From positions 1-10,826 of the forward strand of contig PWLL01000098.1 of NCBI GenBank assembly GCA_003559395.1: a stretch of DNA of 10,826 nucleotides, given 5' to 3'. Numbering within the stretch: the stretch's first letter is position 1; every line of letters starts with the position of its first letter. The translations under genes were made by a program, and so were the position numbers. The notes below the pieces were generated by a model. That model was given only the letters and a program-made list of their open reading frames with translations, had not been told where the DNA came from and did not search any database. This DNA is from Candidatus Iainarchaeum sp. Its GTDB lineage: Archaea > Iainarchaeota > Iainarchaeia > Iainarchaeales > CSSED10-239. Shown here one piece after another: positions 1-6,800 of this stretch.

Positions 1-102
1 TTAAATAGATTTAAGAATAGTTCAGAAGGATATGAATTTCTTAATAAAAAAAACTTTTCAAAACCAAAGAATAAACCAAATTACAACAAAGTAGATTATT
101 AA
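1..102 (+). CDS. 3' end of an ORF entering from the left edge (partial, hypothetical)
   Basis: Frame 1 is open from base 1 and reads LNRFKNSSEGYEFLNKKNFSKPKNKPNYNKVDY, ending at TAA 100..102. I recognise no motif. The only support is the open frame at the edge of a gene-dense window. Confidence 0.25.
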   Translation, partial: LNRFKNSSEGYEFLNKKNFSKPKNKPNYNKVDY

Positions 103-297
103 TTTGTAAGATAGATGGTTTCATTTTATTACACCTTGTCTTTTAGTTTTTTTAATTATTTAGTTTTTATTGCAGTAACAGATATATTATCAAAAAAACG
201 TATTATTTTTTCTAAAACCGTTTTGTCTTCCAAATTTTGTGTTTTTTCTATGTGTGGTGTATATCAAAAAGTATATAATCATTTTCGTTACTATTAC

Positions 298-310
298 ATA
301 TATATAATAT
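298..310 (+). promoter_or_regulatory. Putative archaeal TATA box for rnhB (near-leaderless transcript)
   Basis: An atatatataatat run lies about 22-34 nt upstream of ATG 332, and there is no Shine-Dalgarno-like purine motif in between. The spacing fits an archaeal TATA-to-TSS distance that puts the TSS at or near the ATG. Confidence 0.35.
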
Positions 311-331
311 AATATTTTAGAAAGATAAAAA

Positions 332-1012
332 ATGATTGCAGGAATAGACGAAGCAGGAAGAGGGTGCGTCTTAGGCCCATTAGTAATTGCAGTTTGTGTT
401 ATTGATGAAAAAGATGAAGCTTATTTTAAAGATCTAGGAATCACAGATTCAAAATTAATATTAAAAGCAAAAAGAAAAGAACTTTTAGAAATTATTAAAA
501 AAAAAGCAATTGAATATAAAATTATTGCAGTCTCTGCACAAGAACTGAATCTATCTATGCAAAGATATTCTTTAAATGAAATTGAAGCACAAACCATGAT
601 GGAGCTTTTATTTTCTCTTAAAAATAAAGTTTCTAAAGTTGTTATTGATTGTCCGGATACAACCCCTCTTGCTTTTAAAAAAAGAATTGATGGTCTATGT
701 CAAATAGAAAAATATAAAAATATTTTAGACAACAACTTTTGTATAGAACATAAAGCTGATCTAAATCATATTGTTGCATCCTGTGCATCAATCTTAGCAA
801 AAGTAACAAGAGATGAACTTTTAAAAGAACTTACTTGCTCTGATATTTCTGGATATTCTTCAGATGAAAGAACCATAAAATATATTACAGAATATGTTCT
901 TGAAAATAAATGTCTTCCAGAAACTGCAAGAACAAAATGGAGTACAATAGATAAAATTATGAAAAATTTATATCAAAAAAAAATAGGGTGGTTTTGTGAC
1001 AGAAAATCTTAA
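332..1012 (+). CDS. rnhB: Ribonuclease HII
   Basis: The 226-aa ORF has the N-terminal MIAGIDEAGRGCVLGPLVIAV (GIDEAGRG...GP catalytic motif) followed by GITDSKLI (DSK motif). Both are hallmarks of the RNase HII family, and the length is typical for archaeal RNase HII. The stop is TAA. Confidence 0.9.
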   Translation: MIAGIDEAGRGCVLGPLVIAVCVIDEKDEAYFKDLGITDSKLILKAKRKELLEIIKKKAIEYKIIAVSAQELNLSMQRYSLNEIEAQTMMELLFSLKNKVSKVVIDCPDTTPLAFKKRIDGLCQIEKYKNILDNNFCIEHKADLNHIVASCASILAKVTRDELLKELTCSDISGYSSDERTIKYITEYVLENKCLPETARTKWSTIDKIMKNLYQKKIGWFCDRKS

Positions 1013-1394
1013 AAATAAACTTGATGACATTGATTTTATGATCAGAAAAATAATTAACAAATATGTTTCAAAAGAAAACCTTACTTTTGATAAACCTTTA
1101 AGCTTAAATGTGCTTTTTTCTGAAGATTATGAAGATAACTTTATAGATGATATTGAGTTTTTTTATGAAGATAAAGAAAAAGTAAAACTTACTTTGTATA
1201 TTCCTTATTCTATAAACAAACTAAGATTTGATGTTTTATCAGATAAAAAAATATCTATAAGATCTAATGACTTTTCTTTTTATAAACAGTTTTGGTTTAC
1301 TTGTCCTGTTGTTAAAGAGACTATGAAACCAACGTATAAAAATAATGTTTTAGAAATCAGTTTTTTAAAGAAAAATGGTCCCACCCAGATTTGA
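996..1394 (+). CDS. Small Hsp20/alpha-crystallin-like protein (divergent, short)
   Basis: The 132-aa ORF has a GTG start 4 nt after a GGGTGG SD-like motif (986..991) and overlaps the rnhB 3' end by 17 nt. An alternative in-frame ATG lies at 1038. The C-terminal half (KVKLTLYIPYSINKLRFDVLSDKKISIRS...FYKQFWFTCPVVKETMKPTYKNNVLEISFLKK) follows the alpha-crystallin pattern: xPG-like strand, L.I.g, F.R.f.LP..v, A.y.nGvL.I.lpK. It ends at TGA 1392..1394, which lies inside the antisense tRNA-Val gene. Confidence 0.45.
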   Translation: MTENLKNKLDDIDFMIRKIINKYVSKENLTFDKPLSLNVLFSEDYEDNFIDDIEFFYEDKEKVKLTLYIPYSINKLRFDVLSDKKISIRSNDFSFYKQFWFTCPVVKETMKPTYKNNVLEISFLKKNGPTQI

Positions 1395-1448
1395 ACTGGG
1401 GATCTCTACCATGTCAAGGTAGCATCCTAACCACTAGACCATAGGACC
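1376..1448 (-). tRNA. tRNA-Val (anticodon GAC)
   Basis: The reverse complement reads GGTCCTA TG GTCT AGTGGTTA GGAT G CTACC TTGACAT GGTAG AGATC CCCAG TTCAAAT CTGGG TGGGACC A. It folds into a full cloverleaf with a 7-bp acceptor stem (one G-U), a 5-bp anticodon stem, a TTGACAT loop giving anticodon GAC, and a TTCAAAT T-loop. There is no intron and no encoded CCA. It is a GC-rich island in AT-rich DNA. Confidence 0.9.
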
Positions 1449-2170
1449 TATTTTTTATGTTTTTGTATTCTTTTTACTCCAGATGTTAAATGCTTAGATA
1501 TTTTATGTCTGTTTACTAATAATATTGTAGAAAGTAAAATTAATAAAATGATTGCTATAACAGTCATAACTCCACTAAGTTTACTTATTTGAAAACCAAG
1601 AAAACTTAAAAAAATTACCATGGGATATCTACCAAACGCAAGTGCTAAAAAATATTTTTTATAAGAAAGTTTAGTCAATCCAGCAACATAACAAAAAACA
1701 TCGTTTGGAATTGCAGGAAGTAAAAATAAAATAAATAACGTCATTGTTAAATTGGTTTCTTCAATATTATCAAACTTGTTAATATGCTTTTTGTGAACAA
1801 TCGTTTCAACAAAAGGTCTTCCTAGTTTTTTTGCTAAATAAAATGTAAAAAAAGAACCAATTGTTATTCCTATTAATGAATAAAGTGAACCTAAATAAGA
1901 ACCAAAAATGTATCCACTAACTAAGATTAAAGGAGTTGCAGGTATAATTGCAAGCATGATTTGTGTAAGTTGTAAACCAATAAAGATGATTGGTGCATAA
2001 ACACCAAACCCTAAAATAAATTCTTTTGACTGCGAAACGTTTGAAAAAAATCTAACTAAAGAAAAACCAACAAAAAGAGCAAACAAAATAAATAGACTTA
2101 TGAATATAATTGCAATAATTGCTTTTTTTTTATTTTTTTGTGATGAAAAAAATGGTATCTTCTTTATCAT
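1448..2170 (-). CDS. DedA / TVP38-TMEM64 (SNARE-associated) family integral membrane protein
   Basis: The 240-aa polytopic hydrophobic ORF contains LILVSGYIFGSYLGSLYSLIGITIGSFFTFYLAKKLGRPFVE, which matches the core signature of the family (G[YF]..G...G......G....F...R..GR). The TAG stop is at 1448..1450, and its final G is nucleotide +1 of tRNA-Val. Confidence 0.7.
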   Translation of the reverse strand: MIKKIPFFSSQKNKKKAIIAIIFISLFILFALFVGFSLVRFFSNVSQSKEFILGFGVYAPIIFIGLQLTQIMLAIIPATPLILVSGYIFGSYLGSLYSLIGITIGSFFTFYLAKKLGRPFVETIVHKKHINKFDNIEETNLTMTLFILFLLPAIPNDVFCYVAGLTKLSYKKYFLALAFGRYPMVIFLSFLGFQISKLSGVMTVIAIILLILLSTILLVNRHKISKHLTSGVKRIQKHKK

Positions 2171-2296
2171 TTTATCTCTTTTTTTAAATGAAGGCTATTT
2201 TGGGCTTTGTTTAACTTAATATATATATACTTTTCGGTACAACATATATTTATTTAAGAATTATTTTGTTATAAAATATTCTTGTCTTTATAATTA

Positions 2297-2309
2297 TTAT
2301 ATATATAAA
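2297..2309 (+). promoter_or_regulatory. Putative TATA box for rpl15e
   Basis: A ttatatatataaa run lies about 40-50 nt upstream of ATG 2347. The predicted TSS falls downstream of the ORF-track ATG at 2323 and upstream of the GAGGAG SD at 2336..2341. Confidence 0.35.
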
Positions 2310-2346
2310 GATTAAAAAACAAATGTATTTTAAAAAGAGGAGTATT

Positions 2347-2955
2347 ATGGCTACAGCACAAAAATATATTAGAGAAAATATACAAAAAGAATTTAAGAAA
2401 GAAAAAGATAGTGATTATGACTATAGATCATTATATACAAAAAAATTAATTGGTTATAGAAACTTAAAAGAAACAGTAACCAAACTTGAAAAACCATCCA
2501 ACATCTCAAGAGCAAGAACTCTTGGTTATAAAGCTAAACAAGGTGTTGTTGTATCTCTTGTTAAAGTAAGAAAAGGGTCTGGAATAATGAGACGCCCAAG
2601 CAAAGGAAGAAGACCAAAAAGAATGGGTGTTAACAAGTTAACAAGAAGAATTTCAATACAAAGAATGGCAGAAAACAAAGCAGACAATAAATTTCCAGGA
2701 TTAGAAGTGCTTAACTCTTATCTTGTAGGAGAAGATGGACAACATAAATATTATGAAATAATTTTATTAGACCCAAATCATCCATCAATAATAAACGATA
2801 TGGACTATAACTGGATTTGTTCAGAAAAACACAAAGGCAGAGCACACAGAGGGCTTACAAGTCAGGGAAAAAAGAACAGAGGTCTTGAAAATAAAGGAAA
2901 AGGTACTGAAAAAAATAGACCATCTAACAGAAGAAATGATAGAAAGGCAAAATAG
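2347..2955 (+). CDS. rpl15e: 50S ribosomal protein L15e (eL15)
   Basis: The sequence MATAQKYIRE...LEKPSNISRARTLGYKAKQGVVVSLVKVRKGSG..RRP.KGRRPKRMGV..L....S.Q..AE......FPGLEVLNSY.VGEDG..KYYEIILLDP.HP.I......NWI......GRA.RGLTS.GKK.RGL is the eL15 family pattern along its whole length. I prefer the start at ATG 2347, which is preceded by GAGGAG, over the ORF-track ATG at 2323. The stop is TAG. Confidence 0.9.
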   Translation: MATAQKYIRENIQKEFKKEKDSDYDYRSLYTKKLIGYRNLKETVTKLEKPSNISRARTLGYKAKQGVVVSLVKVRKGSGIMRRPSKGRRPKRMGVNKLTRRISIQRMAENKADNKFPGLEVLNSYLVGEDGQHKYYEIILLDPNHPSIINDMDYNWICSEKHKGRAHRGLTSQGKKNRGLENKGKGTEKNRPSNRRNDRKAK

Positions 2956-2974
2956 TGCCTTTTTATTTATTTTG
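2943..2974 (+). terminator. Stop-codon-spanning hairpin plus T-rich tract after rpl15e
   Basis: aaaggca (2943..2949) pairs perfectly with tgccttt (2956..2962). The 6-nt loop aaatag contains the TAG stop. A tt-a-ttt-a-t-ttt T-rich run follows, and oligo-T tracts are the known archaeal termination signal. Confidence 0.45.
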
Positions 2975-3014
2975 TTAACTAAAGATAATAGACTTTAAAA
3001 TAAAATGTGAAAAT

Positions 3015-3257
3015 ATGTTTTTAATTGGAACACTTGAAGAAGCATTGTGGATTGTCTTACTTATTTTTTTTGCAGTGTCTATTTATTTTTTGAGTAAGAA
3101 AAAACTAGCTAATGAAACAGTTGCAGTTCTTTTAACAATATTTATTGTTTATATTTTGTTTTTTAGATTTAGAAGTTTAGTATGGTTAGTTGCAATAGGT
3201 GTTGTGATATATTGGGTATACGGAAGCGATATTAAAAACATTTTAAAAAAGAAGTGA
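3015..3257 (+). CDS. Small hydrophobic membrane protein (hypothetical); possibly the N-terminal half of a longer TGA-containing ORF
   Basis: The 80-aa ORF has two or three predicted TM stretches (WIVLLIFFAVSIYFL, VAVLLTIFIVYILFF, LVWLVAIGVVIYWVY). It ends at TGA 3255..3257, and the downstream ORF is in the same frame. Confidence 0.5.
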   Translation: MFLIGTLEEALWIVLLIFFAVSIYFLSKKKLANETVAVLLTIFIVYILFFRFRSLVWLVAIGVVIYWVYGSDIKNILKKK

Positions 3258-3263
3258 TTTATT

Positions 3264-3563
3264 TTGGATATTTTTAGTTTTGTAATGATGTTTTTTTTTA
3301 TATTTTTTACAATACAATATAATTTTTATTTATTTACTTTTTTAGGCCTTTTTATTTATGCAATTGCAATGCCTTCTATCTTTAATATTTTTTTAGTAAT
3401 TTTTTTAATAGTTGTTTCTTTTTTTTTAAATAGTTTTTTTGCTTTTTTCTTACCTTTATCTTTTTTTCTAATTATTTTTATAGTTGTTATGTATTTTATA
3501 AAAGGCGAGCAAAAGCCACAACAAAATGACGGTATGTCAGGTCTTGAAGATCTTTTTAAATAA
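3264..3563 (+). CDS. Phe/Ile-rich hydrophobic membrane protein (hypothetical)
   Basis: The 99-aa ORF in the track starts at a TTG codon, and the first ATG is at 3285. It is extremely hydrophobic, with an acidic/polar tail (KGEQKPQQNDGMSGLEDLFK). It is in frame with 3015..3257, separated only by TGA plus two codons. The stop is TAA. Confidence 0.45.
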   Translation: MDIFSFVMMFFFIFFTIQYNFYLFTFLGLFIYAIAMPSIFNIFLVIFLIVVSFFLNSFFAFFLPLSFFLIIFIVVMYFIKGEQKPQQNDGMSGLEDLFK

Positions 3564-3566
3564 TTT

Positions 3567-4136
3567 TTATAATTTATTTAGTATGTTTCTATTTTCTTCA
3601 AGAATATCTTTCATTATTTTTGTAAGACCTTTTACTTCTGTTTTTATTTCTGATATATCTTCTTCTAGTTTTTTTACTATGTTTTTTATTTCCAATATAT
3701 CTTTATTATCTAGTGTTTCGTCATTTGTTTTTAATTTTGCTTCTAAATCATCATGTTCTTGATTTTTTTTATCAACATCATCAGAAGTGACCTTTAGTTC
3801 TTCTTCATGTTTGTCTTCTTTTTCTTTATCAATATCATCAAATATACTTTTTCCTTTTTTTTCTGGTTTTGATTTTTCTTCAGGTTCTTTTTTTTCTGGT
3901 TCTGGTTCTTCTTCAGTTTCTTTTTCTGGTTCAGATTTTTCTTCAGGCTCTTTTTTTTCTGGTTCTGGTTCAGAATCAGATGTTTGAGAATTCATTTCGT
4001 TATAATGTTTTTCAATATCTTCTCTATCTACTCCAATATCTTCTAAAGTAGAATATATTGTGTCTTTATCTACATTTGCATCAAGTAGTTCTTTTATTGT
4101 ACTTTTTATTAATTTTACATCAACCATATTAATCAT
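3567..4136 (-). CDS. Acidic protein with a Glu/Pro/Lys-rich repeat linker and a C-terminal coiled-coil (hypothetical)
   Basis: The 189-aa ORF has three parts. The N-terminus is a small helical module (VKLIKSTIKELLDANVDKDTIYSTLEDIGVDREDIEKHY). The middle is low complexity, with EPEPEKKEPEEKS occurring twice. The C-terminus has a heptad-like charged segment (ILEIKNIVKKLEEDISEIKTEVKGLTKIMKDILEE). The stop is TAA, and the gene converges on the previous gene with a 3-nt gap. Confidence 0.6.
   Translation of the reverse strand: MINMVDVKLIKSTIKELLDANVDKDTIYSTLEDIGVDREDIEKHYNEMNSQTSDSEPEPEKKEPEEKSEPEKETEEEPEPEKKEPEEKSKPEKKGKSIFDDIDKEKEDKHEEELKVTSDDVDKKNQEHDDLEAKLKTNDETLDNKDILEIKNIVKKLEEDISEIKTEVKGLTKIMKDILEENRNILNKL
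3871..3971. repeat. Direct in-gene duplication: two 38-nt copies, 63-nt period
   Basis: 3871..3908 (gatttttcttcaggttcttttttttctggttctggttc) and 3934..3971 (the same, with one t/c difference) differ at a single position. The 63-nt (21-codon) offset encodes the duplicated EPEPEKKEPEEKS on the minus strand. Confidence 0.85.
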
Positions 4137-4285
4137 TTTTTATATGTTCTTCTTATATTTTAAGGATTAAATCTTTATAAATATATTCTTTCTTTAAAAA
4201 AACACAAATATAAAAATAACATACATAATAAAAATGTTTCTGTAATAATATAAATAAAGACAATAGTTAAAAAAAAAGAAACAAT

Positions 4286-5725
4286 ATGTTATCACTAAAC
4301 ACCTGGGATATTCTGTTTGAAGGAAAATACGGCTCACAAGAACTTACAATCCTTTATAAAGATGATTTTTTCGTGTCTTTTTTAAAATCAAGAGACAAAA
4401 AAGATATTCTTGTTCAAGTTTATAAGATCTTTGTTGTTTATGGAGAAGTAGAAGTATTTGCAGAAACTTTGCCTGGAAAATGTATAGTTTATCAAAAACA
4501 TTTTGATGCAGGTGAGAAAAACACACATAAGTTTTTTATGTTAAATACAGAAACAGAATATGTGGACAATAATACTCTTTCTTATCATGTAGATAAAAAA
4601 ATAGAAGAACTTAATAAAAAAACAGGCACAATTGTTTCTATAATGAAATCATATGATCTAAAGTTAGTTTCATTAAAAAATATTTCAAAAGAGAAGAAAG
4701 ATTTTTTTTATTCAGATCCTTTTGTTGTAAAAACTTTAACAAATATGCCTATGTCAGCACAAATGTCAGGAGTTACTTCTATAGATAAACTTTTGTTTGG
4801 TAAAAAAAATAAAATTCCAATAAATCTGACTTTAGAAAATTTAAAATCTGTTTTTGTTTCTGGAGCAAAAGAAGATGATAGATTATTTGTTCTAAAATTA
4901 ATTTCAGAAATATATCTTCTGTCATCAAAAACAGTTGTTATCTTTGATAAAAAAGGCGTTTTTAAGAGTCTTGCATATCCTCAACAAAATGAAGAACTAT
5001 TACAAGAATTTGATCCTGTATTAGGTGCTTTTGGTTTTCCTTCTAAGTTTGTTGATTATTTTTCAAATCTAAAAATTCCGTTAGGGTCAATACCTAAACA
5101 AGGATTTATTCATCATTTTAAATTTACAGATACTGGTGAGAAAATAATCTATGAGTGTTTTGATGAATCATTGATTTTTATTAATGACTTAATTGAAAAA
5201 ATAAATAAACTTGAAATTAGTGATGATATAACAGAATTTGAAAAAAAAAGAATAATTTCAAAGTTGTTGATTATTGATAAAAAATATGGAAAATATTTTG
5301 GAAAAATAGATGTTTCTTTTTTGTTTGAAAATAAATATAAACATCTTGGTTATTCAAAGATATTAAAACTAGATTATGATTGCCCTTTTGTTGCTTATTA
5401 TGTAAAAAAAATAATAGAAGAACTTTCTTTAAATATAAAAGAAGATCTATTGTTAGTTTTACCAGAAGCAGAAAATATATTAAATCATTTGTTTGTTGGC
5501 AAAAACATTTCTTCTTTTATACAAGAAAATCCAAAATTGAATGTTGCTATTAGTTCTGAATATAAAACAAATATAAAAGATATAAGTTATTTAGATGTGT
5601 TTGTTGATGTGGTTGGTGGAAATGATGTTGTTATCAAAAGACCTAATAGAGATCCTATGAGAGTCTTTTTAAGACCGACTTTAAGTAGTAGTAATATTGT
5701 TCTTAAAAAATCAATAAGTATCTAG
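4286..5725 (+). CDS. Hypothetical 479-aa protein; possible HerA/DUF87-like fold with degenerate Walker motifs
   Basis: This long clean ORF ends in TAG. The segment LLFGKKNKIPINLTLENLKSVFVSGAKEDDRLFVLKLISEIYLLSSKTVVIFDKKGVF parallels the HerA/DUF87 arrangement (short ligand-like lead-in, beta-strand, P-loop, helix, then vvIfDp.GEy), but SGAKEDD replaces GxTGSGKS. Similarly, LLLVLPEAENIL sits where the Walker B/EEAH motif would be. Family membership rests on my pattern recognition only. Confidence 0.6.
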   Translation: MLSLNTWDILFEGKYGSQELTILYKDDFFVSFLKSRDKKDILVQVYKIFVVYGEVEVFAETLPGKCIVYQKHFDAGEKNTHKFFMLNTETEYVDNNTLSYHVDKKIEELNKKTGTIVSIMKSYDLKLVSLKNISKEKKDFFYSDPFVVKTLTNMPMSAQMSGVTSIDKLLFGKKNKIPINLTLENLKSVFVSGAKEDDRLFVLKLISEIYLLSSKTVVIFDKKGVFKSLAYPQQNEELLQEFDPVLGAFGFPSKFVDYFSNLKIPLGSIPKQGFIHHFKFTDTGEKIIYECFDESLIFINDLIEKINKLEISDDITEFEKKRIISKLLIIDKKYGKYFGKIDVSFLFENKYKHLGYSKILKLDYDCPFVAYYVKKIIEELSLNIKEDLLLVLPEAENILNHLFVGKNISSFIQENPKLNVAISSEYKTNIKDISYLDVFVDVVGGNDVVIKRPNRDPMRVFLRPTLSSSNIVLKKSISI

Positions 5726-5825
5726 TTCTTAATTATTTTTGTGAAAATCAAACAAAAAGATAGCTTTATATAGAAGAACAACCCTAAATATTTATATAGG
5801 TTTGCTTTTTTAAAATAAACAAAAC

Positions 5826-5833
5826 TTTATATA
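5826..5833 (+). promoter_or_regulatory. Consensus archaeal TATA box (TTTATATA), proximal promoter of tfb
   Basis: An exact TTTATATA is preceded by an A-rich BRE-like aaaac, 62-69 nt upstream of ATG 5895. The predicted TSS near 5858 leaves a short leader carrying the GGAG SD at 5881..5884. Confidence 0.5.
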
Positions 5834-5894
5834 CTTATTTTTAATAAAAAACAAATTTTTTTAAAAACATAAAAATTTTAGGAGCGTTGTTAGT

Positions 5895-6800
5895 ATGGTT
5901 TTAAAATGTCCAGAATGTGGAAAAAAAACAGTCTATAGAGACTCAAAAACAGGAGAATATGTTTGTAGAAGTTGTCACGTTGTTGTAAACGAAGACCAAA
6001 TAGATTCAGGAAAAGAATGGAGAGTTTTTCAAGATAATGCAAATCAAGAAAGAGTAAGATCTGGCTCACCAATGAAATACGTAAAAATGAATAAAGGTCT
6101 TGAAACAATGATAGAAAGATCCGGAAGAGATCTAAGAGGAAACAAACTATCAACAAAATCAAGAGCACAAATGTACAGACTTATAAAATGGCATAAAAGA
6201 TCTTCTGTATCAAACTCAATGGAAAGAAATCTATCTATAGCTTTAACAGAGCTAAGAAGAATTGGATCTTATTTGAACATATCTGATTCATTAATAGAAA
6301 CTGCAGCCCTTTTATATAGAAAAACTGTAGAAAAAGGATTGATTAGAGGAAGATTGATTGAAGCAGTCGTTGCAGCTGTGTTGTATTCTGTGTGTAGAAC
6401 ATATAATGTGCCTAGAACACTAAACGAGATGGCAGAAGCATCAGGATTAACTAAAAAAGAAATTGGTAGAACATATAGATTTATTGTAAAGGAATTAGAT
6501 ATTGCAGTTCCTTTGACAGATCCTTCATATTATATCTCTAGATTTGTTGCAGTTCTTGGATTAAGTGGTAAAGTCGAAGAAAAAGGAAAAGAAATTGTAA
6601 AAAAAGCAATAAAATCAGGCTTGATTTCAGGAAGAGGCCCAACAGGTGTTGCTGCTGCGGCAGTATATATTGCAGCACTTCTTGAAGGAGAAAGAAGAAC
6701 TCAAAAAGAAGTTGCAAATGTAGCTGGAGTAACAGAAGTTACTATCAGAAACAGATATAGAGAACTTAAATCTAAGTTGAAACTAAAAGTAGATGCTTAA
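5895..6800 (+). CDS. tfb: Transcription initiation factor IIB (TFB)
   Basis: The 301-aa ORF has an N-terminal zinc ribbon (CPECG...x15...CRSCHVV) followed by two cyclin-fold repeats with typical TFB strings (RNL..AL.EL.RI...L......ETAA.LYRK.VEKGL.RGR..E...AA.LY..CR, then GR.P.GVAAAAVYIA). The C-terminal region GVTEVTIRNRY.EL matches the helix-turn-helix of the TFB family. The stop is TAA. Confidence 0.93.
   Translation: MVLKCPECGKKTVYRDSKTGEYVCRSCHVVVNEDQIDSGKEWRVFQDNANQERVRSGSPMKYVKMNKGLETMIERSGRDLRGNKLSTKSRAQMYRLIKWHKRSSVSNSMERNLSIALTELRRIGSYLNISDSLIETAALLYRKTVEKGLIRGRLIEAVVAAVLYSVCRTYNVPRTLNEMAEASGLTKKEIGRTYRFIVKELDIAVPLTDPSYYISRFVAVLGLSGKVEEKGKEIVKKAIKSGLISGRGPTGVAAAAVYIAALLEGERRTQKEVANVAGVTEVTIRNRYRELKSKLKLKVDA

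Noticed and set aside
115-312. 65-aa plus-strand ORF in the 229-nt gap upstream of rnhB
   Set aside because: - The sequence is low-complexity and Phe/Tyr/Ile-rich, of the kind any frame of AT-rich spacer produces.
- It has no SD or well-spaced TATA box of its own.
- Its 3' end runs through the presumed rnhB TATA box.

I treat the region as intergenic/promoter DNA. A small RNA or micro-protein cannot be excluded, but I saw no C/D-box or stable-hairpin signature.
2256-2286. AT-rich inverted repeat aagaat...attctt in the DedA/rpl15e divergent intergenic region
   Set aside because: It has only 6 perfect base pairs, all A/T-dominated, separated by a long loop. That is well within chance for this composition, so I do not call it an operator.
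2323-2346. ORF-track start of rpl15e at ATG 2323
   Set aside because: - eL15 homologues begin close to the MATAQKYIRE-type sequence.
- ATG 2347 is preceded by a GAGGAG SD at the right spacing.
- ATG 2323 lies too close to the TATA-like element (2297..2309) to be inside the transcript.
3526-4051. Plus-strand ORFs 3526..3762, 3787..3987 and 3869..4051, opposite the acidic-protein gene
   Set aside because: These are shadow ORFs. Their Ser/Phe/Leu-rich low-complexity translations are just the antisense reading of GAA/AAA-rich codons. The minus-strand ORF is longer and has a structured domain layout.
4344-4526. Minus-strand 60-aa ORF inside the 479-aa gene
   Set aside because: It is fully nested antisense within a much longer clean ORF, and it has no start context or motifs.
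5890-6168. Minus-strand 92-aa ORF overlapping the tfb 5' end
   Set aside because: It is the antisense shadow of a confidently identified TFB gene, and its translation is Leu/Phe-rich low complexity.
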